A DNA stretch of 57,275 nucleotides, from NCBI GenBank assembly GCA_031554185.1, contig JAVBKE010000091.1, positions 1 to 57,275 of the forward strand. The letters are read 5' to 3'. The stretch is from Bacillales bacterium (GTDB lineage Bacteria > Bacillota > Bacilli > JARBTR01). The stretch's first letter is position 1. Each line of letters begins with the position of its first letter. The translations under genes were made by a program, and so were the position numbers. Positions 1 through 9,962 of the stretch are shown one piece after another. The notes under the pieces were generated by a model. It was given only the letters and a program-made list of their open reading frames with translations, did no database searches and had not been told where the DNA came from.

Positions 1-1
1 C

Positions 2-130
2 CCTATTGTAGTAAAGAAAAAGAAGTCAGTAGCCCCGCTGATTATACATACAAACAATAATTATTTTGAGGCAATATTTTTGATTGCTCTTGCAGTGCTT
101 GTATATCTAATTTTCAAGTTATATGTCTAG
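2..130 (+). CDS. 3' end of an upstream gene (basic stretch plus hydrophobic C-terminus), probably the Ser/Thr kinase YabT; partial
   Basis: Open frame from base 2 reads PIVVKKKKSVAPLIIHTNNNYFEAIFLIALAVLVYLIFKLYV* (TAG 128-130). In Bacillus yabT, which ends in a hydrophobic segment, lies directly before tilS; the identity is inferred from synteny only. Confidence 0.45.
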   Translation, partial: PIVVKKKKSVAPLIIHTNNNYFEAIFLIALAVLVYLIFKLYV

Positions 131-255
131 AAGTGTGGTAAAGGCAGAATCTTATAGATACTGATTGTCCTTCTTAATAAGATTTTGAAATGATTGGCGG
201 TTTCCACTTATTTCTTGATTTTTCTCGTTTAATTTGGTTACAATATCTAGGTTTT

Positions 256-286
256 TTGCCAGTTCTTTATTGAATACTGCTATAAT
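256..286 (+). promoter_or_regulatory. Putative sigmaA promoter for tilS-hpt
   Basis: TTGCCA (256-261) and extended -10 TGcTATAAT (278-286); spacer is 19 nt, slightly long. Confidence 0.45.
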
Positions 287-324
287 AAGTGATAGATTAG
301 TGATTAATAAGTTTATGAATAGAA

Positions 325-1761
325 ATGAGTCTGAACATGAACATATTTGAAACAAAGGTACTTAATTATATTGAAAAAGAAGAAATGTTGCCGACAGGTA
401 TAACAATTGTTGTTGGTGTATCAGGGGGCGTTGATTCGCTCTCTCTTTTGTATTTCCTACATCGACAGGCAAAGGAAAAACAGTGGCAATTAGTTGCTGC
501 ACATGTTGACCATATGTTTCGTGGTGACACGTCTTTACAGGATGCCGCTTTTGTTAAAGAACAATGCGAGACGCTTGGTGTCAAGTTTGCTCAAGTACAA
601 ATCGATATGCCTTCATTGATCGCAGAAACAAAAGAAAACGGCCAGCATCTTGCAAGAGAGAAACGCTATCAATTTTATCAAGAAGTGATGGAAGCGTTTC
701 AGGCTGAGCATTTGGTGCTGGGACATCACTTGGACGATCAGGCTGAAACGATACTGATGCACTTAGCACGTGGTCCTGCTGGATTACATAACCTTGGTAT
801 CCGTCCCAAGCGTTCATTTGCTAATGGCGAATTGGTGCGTCCGTTTTTAGTGGTTTCTAAAGAAGAAATTCGTTGCTATGCAGATAAACTGGGACTGTCT
901 CCGCGTGAGGATGAGAGTAATGCGAAATGCACATATACTAGAAATCGCTTTCGACATAATATTTTACCACTATTAAAACAGGAAAATGATCGTTTGTTAG
1001 AGCACTTTTCACAGTTTCAAGAGCGGAGTGCGGAGGATGATGAGTACTTACAGGAACTAGCTTTAGAGGCTTTTTTACGAATTAAGATCATAGAAATTGA
1101 AGATGGATTTTCACTAGATACAAGAGTATTTCTTCGGTTTCCAAAGCCTTTACAAAGGCGCGTGATTCCTCTAATATTAAACTATCTGGCAGATAGAAAA
1201 CCTTTTCATTTTTCAAACAAGCATATTGACGGGATTGTCGTGCTTTTAGAGAATAAAAAGCCATCTGCGACATTGCAAATAACAGATTCGTGCATTGCGG
1301 TAAAATCGTTTGACCAGTTGTTTTTTTTATTTGACAAGCCGGATCAGATTGCTTATTTCAAAGATGTCGGAGTGCCTGGTATTACGGCTTTACCAAATGG
1401 GACTGCAATCGAGGCAAGTTTATCTGCTTTAGCGCTTGAGTCAGGGTTAAACAACGCAATTATCCCAAAAGGATATCTGCCGCTATTTGTTAGGAATAAG
1501 CAAGATGGGGACAAAATTGCACAGCCGAATTTACGCGGTCGCAAGAAGGTAAAGAAACTGTTTCTAGAGGATCAAGTGGCAGTTCATGACCGAGAAAGTT
1601 GGCCTGTTGTTCTGACAACGCGTAACGGATATGAAGAAATTATTTGGGTACCGGGACTTGCGATAGCGCCAATGGGTGAGTCAGATGAGGCGTCACAGGG
1701 ATATCTAGTACTTCAGTTTATAACGACATTCAAAGGAGAGAGTAGAGATGACGATTCATGA
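325..1761 (+). CDS. tilS: tRNA(Ile)-lysidine synthetase
   Basis: PP-loop [31 protein letters not shown]; tilS-hpt-ftsH synteny. Start may be ATG 337. Confidence 0.97.
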   Translation: MSLNMNIFETKVLNYIEKEEMLPTGITIVVGVSGGVDSLSLLYFLHRQAKEKQWQLVAAHVDHMFRGDTSLQDAAFVKEQCETLGVKFAQVQIDMPSLIAETKENGQHLAREKRYQFYQEVMEAFQAEHLVLGHHLDDQAETILMHLARGPAGLHNLGIRPKRSFANGELVRPFLVVSKEEIRCYADKLGLSPREDESNAKCTYTRNRFRHNILPLLKQENDRLLEHFSQFQERSAEDDEYLQELALEAFLRIKIIEIEDGFSLDTRVFLRFPKPLQRRVIPLILNYLADRKPFHFSNKHIDGIVVLLENKKPSATLQITDSCIAVKSFDQLFFLFDKPDQIAYFKDVGVPGITALPNGTAIEASLSALALESGLNNAIIPKGYLPLFVRNKQDGDKIAQPNLRGRKKVKKLFLEDQVAVHDRESWPVVLTTRNGYEEIIWVPGLAIAPMGESDEASQGYLVLQFITTFKGESRDDDS

Positions 1762-2311
1762 TGACATTGAAAAGGTTCTGATTAGCGAAGAGGAAATTCA
1801 AACTAGAATTGTTGAAGTTGCCGCTCAAATTACAGAAGATTACGGTGATCAATTTCCGCTTGTGTTAGGCGTATTAAAAGGAGCATTGCCTTTCATGATG
1901 GATTTGATTAAGCGTATGGATTTACATATGGAACTCGACTTTATGGATGTTTCTAGCTATGGAACTTCAACAGTTTCATCAGGTGAAGTGAAAATTATTA
2001 AAGATTTAAACGCATCTGTTGAAGGACGCGATGTATTAATTGTTGAAGATATCGTAGATACTGGACTTACACTCAGTTATTTGGCGGATCTACTTCGTTA
2101 TCGTAAGGCGAAATCAGTGAAGATTGTAACTCTACTCGATAAGCCGACTGGACGAAAAGTAGAGATTGTCCCAGATTACTGCTGCTTCAATGTTCCTGAT
2201 GCATTCGTCGTTGGGTATGGCTTAGATTATATCGAAAGATACCGCAATATTCCTTATGTAGGAATCCTAAAGCCAATTATCTATCAGCAAGAAGTAAAAA
2301 AATTGAAATAG
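1748..2311 (+). CDS. hpt: Hypoxanthine phosphoribosyltransferase
   Basis: VLKGA, PRPP-binding [23 protein letters not shown]...YRNIPY; overlaps the tilS stop. Confidence 0.98.
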   Translation: MTIHDDIEKVLISEEEIQTRIVEVAAQITEDYGDQFPLVLGVLKGALPFMMDLIKRMDLHMELDFMDVSSYGTSTVSSGEVKIIKDLNASVEGRDVLIVEDIVDTGLTLSYLADLLRYRKAKSVKIVTLLDKPTGRKVEIVPDYCCFNVPDAFVVGYGLDYIERYRNIPYVGILKPIIYQQEVKKLK

Positions 2312-2517
2312 TGCTTGATTAGGCATGCTTTTTTCTCGAAAGTGTGTTAAAATCTGCTTCATTGGTTTTATAATTTAGATCATGATAAAAAGTCATATCT
2401 GAATTATTTACATCTATAATTAGTTGATGAGACAAGCAAGGCTTAATCTAATCGGCATTTAAATCGAAACAATAGTGGCGGTACGCCCAGAGTGTCATTT
2501 TGGCATAGGAGGTAGGC

Positions 2518-4572
2518 ATGAAAAAACGTGTTTTTCAAAACGCAATATTTTACATATTGATTGTACTGGTGATTCTTGCAATTGTCAGTTTAGCAAGTAA
2601 CAACAATGGGAAAGTTTCAAAAATTTCCACAGACAAATTCTTCTCCTATCTGGATGATGATGAAGTCAAAACAGCAACAACGCAGGTGCAACGTGGTGTT
2701 TACGAAGTCACTGGGGAACTAGAGGACGGAAAGAAATACCAAACCTATATTGCGTCTGAACAAATGGACCGTGCAGATGATCTAATGAAAAAGCAAGATG
2801 TTAAGATGACAGTTCTTCCGGCAGAGGAACCTGGTTTCTTTGTGACGCTAATTACTGGTGTCTTACCATTCATTCTGATTTTTGTCTTGTTCTTCTTCTT
2901 ACTCAATCAGTCGCAGGGCGGCGGAAACAAAGTGATGAACTTTGGTAAGAGTAAGGCGAAGCAGTTTAATCAGGAAAAGAAAAAAGTGACGTTTAATGAG
3001 GTTGCCGGTGCAGATGAAGAAAAGCAAGAACTTGTTGAGATTGTTGAGTTCTTGAAAGATCCACGCAAATTCTCTGGACTTGGTGCTCGTATTCCAAGAG
3101 GCGTGCTATTAGTAGGACCTCCAGGTACAGGTAAAACATTGTTAGCAAGAGCTGTTGCTGGTGAAGCGGGCGTGCCGTTCTTCTCCATTAGTGGATCTGA
3201 TTTCGTGGAAATGTTCGTCGGTGTTGGGGCAAGTCGTGTACGTGACTTGTTTGAAACAGCGAAGAAGAATTCTCCTGCAATTATTTTCATTGATGAAATT
3301 GATGCGGTTGGTCGTCAGCGTGGTGCTGGACTTGGTGGCGGTCACGATGAGCGTGAGCAAACCTTGAACCAACTGCTTGTTGAGATGGATGGATTTGGAG
3401 AGAATGAAGGTGTCATCATTATTGCGGCGACAAACCGTTCTGATGTACTTGATCCGGCATTACTACGTCCAGGTCGTTTTGACAGACAAATCTTAGTCGA
3501 TGTTCCAGATGTCAAAGGACGTGAAGCAATCCTTCATGTGCACTCAAGAAATAAACCACTTGATTCAACAGTAGATTTGAAAGCGATTTCAACAAGAACG
3601 CCTGGGTTCTCAGGTGCTGACTTAGAAAACTTATTAAATGAAGCAGCGTTAATTGCTGCTAGACGCAATAAGAAAGTGATTGACATGGGCGATATTGATG
3701 AGGCAACGGATCGTGTGATAGCGGGACCTGCCAAAACAAGTCGTGTTATCTCTGAGAAAGAACGTAAGATTGTCGCTTTCCATGAGGCTGGTCACACGAT
3801 TATTGGTTTGACGCTTGATGAAGCAGACATTGTTCATAAAGTGACAATCGTTCCGCGTGGTAGAGCTGGTGGTTATGCAGTGATGCTACCGAAAGAAGAT
3901 CGTTTCTTGATGACAAAACAAGAGCTATTAAACAAAATCACTGGTTTACTCGGTGGTCGTGTATCCGAGGATGTTGTTTTTGGTGAAGCGAGCACTGGTG
4001 CTCATAATGATTTCCAAAGAGCAACAAGCATTGCCAGACGTATGGTAACTGAATATGGTATGAGTGAAAGACTTGGACCAATGCAATTCGGTCAACCACA
4101 AGGGCAAGTATTCCTTGGCCGTGATTTCCATAGCGAGCGGAACTATTCCGATAGTATTGCTTACCAAATTGATGAGGAAATTCAATTAATCATCAAGGAA
4201 TGTTACGCGAAGGCGAAGGAACTAATTACGGCAAATCGTGATAAATTAGATCTAATCGCACAGACTTTGCTAGACATTGAAACACTTGATGCAGAGCAAA
4301 TTATGAGCTTGTACGAAAAAGGGATTCTCCCTGAAAGAAAGTATGGCAATGGAGCAGATGCAGAACAAGCTGATGTAAAAGTGAACATCGCAACACATGA
4401 TGACACTAGAACAGCTGACGATGCGGAAAAGCCAGAAATCACGAAGGCTGATGAAGAAGTGAAGGCTGCAAAACCTACTGATTCAGAGAACCCAGCGCAA
4501 GCTGACCAGTCTGAAGTAGATAGCCTAAATGGGTCTGACGACGACAAGCCTAAGGACAACAAATCTGTATAA
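2518..4572 (+). CDS. ftsH: ATP-dependent zinc metalloprotease FtsH
   Basis: Two N-terminal TM segments, Walker A GPPGTGKT, Walker [38 protein letters not shown] zinc motif; long acidic C-terminal tail. Confidence 0.99.
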   Translation: MKKRVFQNAIFYILIVLVILAIVSLASNNNGKVSKISTDKFFSYLDDDEVKTATTQVQRGVYEVTGELEDGKKYQTYIASEQMDRADDLMKKQDVKMTVLPAEEPGFFVTLITGVLPFILIFVLFFFLLNQSQGGGNKVMNFGKSKAKQFNQEKKKVTFNEVAGADEEKQELVEIVEFLKDPRKFSGLGARIPRGVLLVGPPGTGKTLLARAVAGEAGVPFFSISGSDFVEMFVGVGASRVRDLFETAKKNSPAIIFIDEIDAVGRQRGAGLGGGHDEREQTLNQLLVEMDGFGENEGVIIIAATNRSDVLDPALLRPGRFDRQILVDVPDVKGREAILHVHSRNKPLDSTVDLKAISTRTPGFSGADLENLLNEAALIAARRNKKVIDMGDIDEATDRVIAGPAKTSRVISEKERKIVAFHEAGHTIIGLTLDEADIVHKVTIVPRGRAGGYAVMLPKEDRFLMTKQELLNKITGLLGGRVSEDVVFGEASTGAHNDFQRATSIARRMVTEYGMSERLGPMQFGQPQGQVFLGRDFHSERNYSDSIAYQIDEEIQLIIKECYAKAKELITANRDKLDLIAQTLLDIETLDAEQIMSLYEKGILPERKYGNGADAEQADVKVNIATHDDTRTADDAEKPEITKADEEVKAAKPTDSENPAQADQSEVDSLNGSDDDKPKDNKSV

Positions 4573-4581
4573 CATAATTTG

Positions 4582-4623
4582 AAGGGCATTTGCTAACACT
4601 TTAGTTGGTAAGTGCTCTTTTTT
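4582..4623 (+). terminator. Intrinsic terminator after ftsH
   Basis: AAGGGCATTTGCTAAC / GTTGGTAAGTGCTCTT imperfect stem followed by a T tract. Confidence 0.75.
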
Positions 4624-4806
4624 CATTGTGCAAAAATGATGTGAGCTTGTCGATAATTTATAGGATGTCAAATTTGATTTAGGATTTGATTCAAAAAGGC
4701 AGCTCAAAATAATATTGTTGTTAAACCAGAATAAGAGAAAAAATGACTTGGCTTATTTGATATACTTATGATGTTGAAGAAAAGATTTAAAAAGGAGGCG
4801 ACTTGA

Positions 4807-5412
4807 TTGGCGCGGACATTGAATTTTTGTATAAATGGTAAAGAGTTTTTAGTAGAGCCTACCAAGGTTGATCGCAAGAAACTGTATGGTTATACAGAAA
4901 TAATTGCGCTTGATGAGCATGATAATGAGTGTAAGTTAGTGAGCATGGATGAGACTGGAACGCTTTTAATTCCTAAGGGGGGCGTAGGACTTGGCATTGT
5001 TTCACCGGAAATGACTTGGGTTGATCGCAAGTCATTGCTAGCTGTTGATGGTGCTGGTAATCCAGCGCAATTGATTCCTTCTAGTTATAGTGAGCAGATT
5101 GAAGTGATTGAGAAGATATCACCTGAAGAATTTATGGATTACAGCATTAAATCATTTTATCAATTAGATAACGCAGGAGAAGAATTCTTACAAGAAATCA
5201 AATCGGGTATTTATGCTTTTACATATAGCTATCGTGAAAGCTATGAAGGCAGCAGGGCGTTTTTACTGGAGAGTGATGGCAAAGCCTTTATGCTTGTTGG
5301 AACACTGTCTCCGTTTGAAATGATTGGGTTGCATGAAGTCAGTGTAGTTGATGAGGAAGAGGTTGAGGAAGATCCTCTTGATGACGATGAACTCGATTTT
5401 GGTTTATTTTAA
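4807..5412 (+). CDS. Hypothetical protein, putative divergent Ku-core (beta-barrel) protein A with acidic C-terminal tail
   Basis: TTG start behind AAGGAGG. IEVIEKISPEEFMDYSIKSFYQL and FLQEIKSGIYAFTYSYRESYEGSRAFLLESDGKAFMLVG align by eye with the bacterial Ku core. CDS is confident; Ku identity is inference. Confidence 0.6.
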   Translation: MARTLNFCINGKEFLVEPTKVDRKKLYGYTEIIALDEHDNECKLVSMDETGTLLIPKGGVGLGIVSPEMTWVDRKSLLAVDGAGNPAQLIPSSYSEQIEVIEKISPEEFMDYSIKSFYQLDNAGEEFLQEIKSGIYAFTYSYRESYEGSRAFLLESDGKAFMLVGTLSPFEMIGLHEVSVVDEEEVEEDPLDDDELDFGLF

Positions 5413-5433
5413 TTTGAATGAAGTTGGGAGTGA

Positions 5434-6141
5434 ATGAATGTGCAAGAAATCAATATTGCGAATATGAAGAAGCGGGATGCATCAGTTGCCTTGGAAGCAA
5501 AGCCATTTAAGTCGAATGTGAAAATGGTACTGAGCGATGGCCGTGACCGCCAGAATATTAAGATTTTAAAGCAAACAATGGACTTAACAGAGGAAGCGCT
5601 AGTAGATGCTTACGGTGATTTAGTCTCTGTTGGAAATGCAATTATTGAGTCGGATCCAGAAGTGAATCTTGAAACGGTTGGGAGATTTCTCGATAAAACA
5701 AGAAAGTTGTATATGAATCAGGATAATCAGGTTGCTTATCGTGTCCACTTGGTTCAGGTTGTTCGAAATCCTGATGGGACGGAGAAGGAACGTCGTGATT
5801 ATGTGAAACGTCCAGCGAATATTTCAGTTGAATTGTCACCTGTACAGTTATCTGGTAAGAAGTTTCCGAAGCTTGCGGCAATTAAGAAGTTTGTGTTTAC
5901 GAGGAAATACCAGATTCGTCATGTTAGTGGCCTAACCTACGATTTTCTATATGAAATGGCAAAGGAACTTCATGAATCAGATTCGCTCATGCTTGTTGGA
6001 AGTGGTGCTAAGGGGAATGAACCACTTGTAATTACAACAGGAGGGGAATCACATCGAGGCTTCTTAGAAGGTCGTATTGATGGGGATAAGTATTGCTTGA
6101 TTCTTCATCTTACGAATATGGAACTAAGGGGGCTTGAATAA
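5434..6141 (+). CDS. Hypothetical protein, putative divergent Ku-core protein B
   Basis: RBS GGGAG. FVFTRKYQI...TYDFLYEMAKELHESDSLMLV...RGFLEGRIDGDKYCLILHL resembles Ku IYFNRSYFV...AYTLLREALRSTGKIGIA...LAILRVYENCIVM. Its stop overlaps the next ATG (TAATG). Ku identity is inference. Confidence 0.6.
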   Translation: MNVQEINIANMKKRDASVALEAKPFKSNVKMVLSDGRDRQNIKILKQTMDLTEEALVDAYGDLVSVGNAIIESDPEVNLETVGRFLDKTRKLYMNQDNQVAYRVHLVQVVRNPDGTEKERRDYVKRPANISVELSPVQLSGKKFPKLAAIKKFVFTRKYQIRHVSGLTYDFLYEMAKELHESDSLMLVGSGAKGNEPLVITTGGESHRGFLEGRIDGDKYCLILHLTNMELRGLE

Positions 6142-7577
6142 TGGAATTATACAAAGAAAAGATGAAGGATATCCATGGTTATTTAGTTGGTGATATCCAT
6201 GCGGTTGATGCAGAATCTTCAACAATTGCGATCAATTATAAGAAACAGGTATGTAAGAACTATAAATCGTTAAATCAAAAGCAAATGGAGACAAAACTGG
6301 GCGGTAATATTTTTTATGTAACACGCAAGTATGATGGGGAGTTGAATGTACTCTTTTACAACGGTAGTGAGGCGTTTGTGATTAATCGAAGCGGGCGTGT
6401 CAGAACTGGCCTGCCATGCACTGATGCAGCTCAGGTAGCTCTACAGGCAGCAGGTGTGAAGCGTGCAATCATTCCTTGTGAGCTCATTGTTGATGAAAGC
6501 AAAGGCCGTACCCGTGTCTTTGATGTCTTAAAGGCAGTTGCTGATAAGAAGGCGTTAGCGTCACTTCAATTGGTGGCATTTGATGTTGTAGAGATTGATG
6601 GCACTAGACTACCGGCACAGCATTATGGCGACGTTCATGCAAAACTTGAGGAGATTTTTTCTGGTGCGACGCTTTGTACACCAGTTCGCTATCAAAAAGT
6701 GGAATCGATGTCTGCTGTTAAGCAGTTGTATACAAAGTGGGTTGATGAAGAAGGTGCTGAGGGGCTTGTTGTCCGCAGTGACCTGGCTTGGGTTTTTAAG
6801 ATTAAGCCACGTTATACAATTGATGCTGCTGTGATCGGTTTCTCTGAAGGAACTGGTGACGCAAAAGGACAAGTTCGAACTTTGCTCCTCGCACTGATGC
6901 CAGAGGAAGGGAAGTTCCAAATTGTTGGACGGACTGGAAATGGTTTTAGCGATGAGTTTAGAACAGAATTGATGGAGAAGTTAACGCCAAAAATTGTCCC
7001 GTCTCGCTATGTTGAAACAGACTCTAATCATGTTGCTTTTCATATGATTAAGCCAGATATGGTGATTGAATTATTCGTCAATGATATTATTTTTGAGACG
7101 CCATCAGGCAGTGTGCCAAACAATGTTTTGGCGTTTACCAATGGGCAATATCGTTTGCACAGTGCAATTGATGGTATCAGTCTTGTATTTCCGATATTTG
7201 AACGGATCCGGGATGATAAGAAATGTGTCTATGATGACGTGAGATTATCGCAAATTTTTGAATTTGCTTATGTACCACAAGAAGAGCAGGGGACAATCGC
7301 TGATGCAGTAATGCCGGCAAGTGAAGTGATTCTTCGTGATGTCTATAAGAAAGAGACAGGTAGTAAACTGATGGTGCAGAAGTTCATGGTTTGGAAAACA
7401 AACAAGGAGCATACCTCGAACTATCCAGCTTATGTGATGCACTACACCAATTTTAGCTCCGAACGGAAAGAACCGTTGCAACGAGATATTCGTGTTTCTA
7501 GTAGCGAGGAACAGATTATGGAAATGGTAAATGAGTTTATTGATGGTAAGGTGAAAAAGGGTTGGAATAAGGTTTAA
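6141..7577 (+). CDS. ATP-dependent DNA ligase with a C-terminal WGR-like domain
   Basis: Motif I TRKYDG (K63), IIIa FDVV, IV EGLVV, V KIKP; OB fold (VGRTGNGFSDE, PDMVIEL, FPIFERIRDDK). The last ~85 aa end in ...FIDGKVKKGWNKV, like WGR domains. Confidence 0.85.
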   Translation: MELYKEKMKDIHGYLVGDIHAVDAESSTIAINYKKQVCKNYKSLNQKQMETKLGGNIFYVTRKYDGELNVLFYNGSEAFVINRSGRVRTGLPCTDAAQVALQAAGVKRAIIPCELIVDESKGRTRVFDVLKAVADKKALASLQLVAFDVVEIDGTRLPAQHYGDVHAKLEEIFSGATLCTPVRYQKVESMSAVKQLYTKWVDEEGAEGLVVRSDLAWVFKIKPRYTIDAAVIGFSEGTGDAKGQVRTLLLALMPEEGKFQIVGRTGNGFSDEFRTELMEKLTPKIVPSRYVETDSNHVAFHMIKPDMVIELFVNDIIFETPSGSVPNNVLAFTNGQYRLHSAIDGISLVFPIFERIRDDKKCVYDDVRLSQIFEFAYVPQEEQGTIADAVMPASEVILRDVYKKETGSKLMVQKFMVWKTNKEHTSNYPAYVMHYTNFSSERKEPLQRDIRVSSSEEQIMEMVNEFIDGKVKKGWNKV

Positions 7578-7626
7578 TTAAAGAAGTTGTAATTATGATC
7601 GACAGTTTTTAAAATAATGAATTGAA

Positions 7627-7668
7627 AAATGAGCTGGTGGTGAGTGATAATTTGCCGTCAGCTCATTT
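7627..7668. terminator. Probable bidirectional terminator between the ligase operon and the ATP-grasp gene
   Basis: AAATGAGCTG / CAGCTCATTT 10-bp inverted repeat between convergent genes. Confidence 0.75.
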
Positions 7669-7674
7669 ATTTGT

Positions 7675-8604
7675 TTAATTTTCTAGGCGTACGAGTGCTT
7701 TTCCAAGGAAATCGGCAATGGTGCCCATGCCAGAGAGACCAGCCAATGCCTCGGCATCAGTGTTGTAGTTGGTATTTGTATTGACATCATAAGTATATGA
7801 TTGACCAGATTGGTTTTCGATAAATTCAATACCTGCGAAGGTGATACCGTTATGTTTTAGAAAAGCTTCATATTTTGAAACGAGCGGATGGGAGAAGTCT
7901 TTGATGATTTCAAACTTTGCGCCTGACTTTGTTGTTGGGCAAAAAGCATCATCGATTTGGCAGGCATCTGCAGGACAAAGCAGGAACCCTTCCGAGGTAT
8001 CGACTTTGACAGCGTAATAAAATTTACCACCAATGAATTCACACCGAGTAATCGTTGGCGTTGGTGCTTCAATGTAATCCTGTAATAGCGTGATGCCATC
8101 AATTGACTCCTCAAAGCCATCACTAGTGACGTAGCGCTCAAGTGCCGTAACTGTATCGAACTTTTGAACACCAAGTCCTTTGCCAGCACGGTTATGTTTG
8201 GTGATAAAGGGTCTATCAAATGTTTGTGCGGCAAGGATGATTTCTCGCTTGCCACTCGCAGCAATGGTATGCGGAGACTTGATTCCATGAATTTGCATCG
8301 CCGTATACTGTGCGACCTTGCTCACTTCTAACTGCAAAGCACGACTATTGTTAAAGACAGTGCGATTATGTGCTTCAAGCCACGCTAGTACATTGGTAGT
8401 ATGTTCAGGCGCAAAGCGGTGGCCCCGCGTGTGTGATGATGCACTCATCCGGTTATAGAACACACCATTTGGTGGCGACTTTGATAAGTCGATATGCCCT
8501 TCATTCAAGAACCATTCCTCATATGGAAGATTCCGTTCTTCCATCTGTTTTACCAGTGGTGCTGTCCATTCTTCATTTTCATGAATGATATAAATTTTTC
8601 CCAT
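7675..8604 (-). CDS. RimK-like ATP-grasp protein (alpha-L-glutamate-ligase-like)
   Basis: YNRMSASSHTRGH, FITKHNRAGKGLGV, LLQDYI, GIEFIE...YDVNTNTNYN. Start placed at ATG 8604 (MGKIYIIHEN) behind GAGG. Confidence 0.85.
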   Translation of the reverse strand: MGKIYIIHENEEWTAPLVKQMEERNLPYEEWFLNEGHIDLSKSPPNGVFYNRMSASSHTRGHRFAPEHTTNVLAWLEAHNRTVFNNSRALQLEVSKVAQYTAMQIHGIKSPHTIAASGKREIILAAQTFDRPFITKHNRAGKGLGVQKFDTVTALERYVTSDGFEESIDGITLLQDYIEAPTPTITRCEFIGGKFYYAVKVDTSEGFLLCPADACQIDDAFCPTTKSGAKFEIIKDFSHPLVSKYEAFLKHNGITFAGIEFIENQSGQSYTYDVNTNTNYNTDAEALAGLSGMGTIADFLGKALVRLEN

Positions 8605-8729
8605 TGTCTTTCGCCTCACTTCGTTCATTACACAAAAATTTGTCTAGGTCTCAAAATAACAATGAAAAATATATCTATGATTTCAGGATTAATTTTGCAA
8701 TAAAAAGAAATCAAACACCATGCATAAGT

Positions 8730-8896
8730 TTAGGGTGTGTCTGAAAAAGATTTGTAAAAGTTTTTTGAAGAATTTTTCGATTAGCTTTGCCTTAAAAAAA
8801 TCTTCAACATTCCCGATATTTGCGGTTTTTTCTCCGCGATACTTCAAAATATCCTTGTCAAAACCCTTTCGCAAATCTTTTTCAGACACACCCTAG
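8730..8896. mobile_element. MITE-like repeat, copy 1
   Basis: Perfect 24-bp terminal inverted repeat TAGGGTGTGTCTGAAAAAGATTTG (8731-8754 / 8872-8895); homologous copies at 18481 and 52409; no transposase. Confidence 0.8.
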
Positions 8897-8916
8897 TTGT
8901 TTGATTTTCGCAATAA

Positions 8917-9462
8917 TTATTTAGCTTGAAGTAATTTGTTCATTGCTTTTGCTTGAGCTAATACCAACTCATCTTCAGCAACGGTTCCAGGTTGCGCGCC
9001 TTCACCAATTAGATAGCCCTCGAATGTTGTACCGATGAAATTGAAAATCAGCGTAAATTGCTGGATGAGTGGAAGTCCTTTTTGCCGAGCACCTGGACCT
9101 CCAACAACGACAACATAAAATTTCTTTGATTGTAGCTGTTCTTTGAAATTTAATGCTGGATTACGTAGTGCTTGTGACCAGCGGTCGATAAACGTTTTCA
9201 TTTGACTGCTCATCCCGTACCAGTATAAAGGTGTTGCAAGTACAATTTCATCATGCATAAGCATCTGCTTGACGATCCCTTCGAAATCATCATCGACAGG
9301 TGAGAACCCTTCAGGTTCATGTCTTTGGTCAACGATCGGCAGTATCTTCTGATCTCGCAAACAGATAGATTCAGTTTTGATTCCTTCTAGCAAAACATTT
9401 GTTAGGAACTCAGTATTTCCATTTGCTCGTGCACTTCCTTGAATAACAAACATTGTGATCAA
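8917..9462 (-). CDS. NAD(P)H-dependent flavodoxin-like oxidoreductase (YwqN-like)
   Basis: FVIQGSARANGNTE, LATPLYWYGMSSQMKTFIDRW. Start may be ATG 9453. Confidence 0.88.
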   Translation of the reverse strand: MITMFVIQGSARANGNTEFLTNVLLEGIKTESICLRDQKILPIVDQRHEPEGFSPVDDDFEGIVKQMLMHDEIVLATPLYWYGMSSQMKTFIDRWSQALRNPALNFKEQLQSKKFYVVVVGGPGARQKGLPLIQQFTLIFNFIGTTFEGYLIGEGAQPGTVAEDELVLAQAKAMNKLLQAK

Positions 9463-9506
9463 TTCCCTTCGTAAAATCTTATTTTATGTGGGGCAGTATC
9501 ATTCGT

Positions 9507-9950
9507 TTATTGTTTTTGTTCAATGGCAGTAATTTTGTTTACTCTGTTTTCGTGACGACCACCTTCAAATTCAGTCGTTAACCAAACCCGTGCAATTTCA
9601 GTAGCGAGACCTGGTCCAATAACTCTTTCGCCCATAGCAAGTACATTGCTGTCATTATGCTCTCTCGTCGCTTTTGCGCTGAACATGTCATGAACGAGCG
9701 CACAGCGGATGCCAGCAATCTTATTAGCAGCAATACTCATGCCAATGCCCGTACCGCAAACTAAAATCCCACGATCAAACTCACCTGCGGCGACTCTTTC
9801 AGCGACGACAATCGCATAATCAGGGTAATCAACAGATGCTGTTCCCTCACAGCCAAAGTCGACTGCCTCTATATTCATTTCTTTCATCAGTGAAAGAAGT
9901 TCTTGACGGATATGAATTCCGCCGTGATCTGATGCAATCGCTACTTTCAT
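9507..9950 (-). CDS. rpiB: Ribose-5-phosphate isomerase B
   Basis: IASDHGG, DYPDYA, CGTGIGMSIAANK, REHNDSNVLAMGERVIG, FEGGRH. Confidence 0.97.
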   Translation of the reverse strand: MKVAIASDHGGIHIRQELLSLMKEMNIEAVDFGCEGTASVDYPDYAIVVAERVAAGEFDRGILVCGTGIGMSIAANKIAGIRCALVHDMFSAKATREHNDSNVLAMGERVIGPGLATEIARVWLTTEFEGGRHENRVNKITAIEQKQ

Positions 9951-9962
9951 TTCAAAAACCTC

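Noticed and set aside
152-355. Minus-strand 67-aa ORF
   Set aside because: AT-rich, overlaps the tilS promoter and start, and has no RBS or protein-like features.
2970-4707. Several antisense and alternate-frame ORFs inside ftsH (likewise within asnB, mbl, pot, lutP, nupG, punA)
   Set aside because: Shadow ORFs of conserved genes, with no RBS or recognisable motifs.
4620-4806. LexA box or sporulation sigma promoter upstream of the Ku-like operon
   Set aside because: No GAAC-N4-GTTC-like site is seen, and no convincing sigmaF/G match; only a weak sigmaA-like ATGACT-18-TATGAT.
4807-7577. Calling this the canonical ku-ligD (ykoV-ykoU) operon
   Set aside because: There are two short divergent proteins rather than one Ku with the WKGxISFGLV start and basic tail, and the ligase lacks the LigD primase-polymerase domain.
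8689-8889. 66-aa ORF on the minus strand
   Set aside because: Lies almost entirely inside MITE copy 1 and is not transposase-like.
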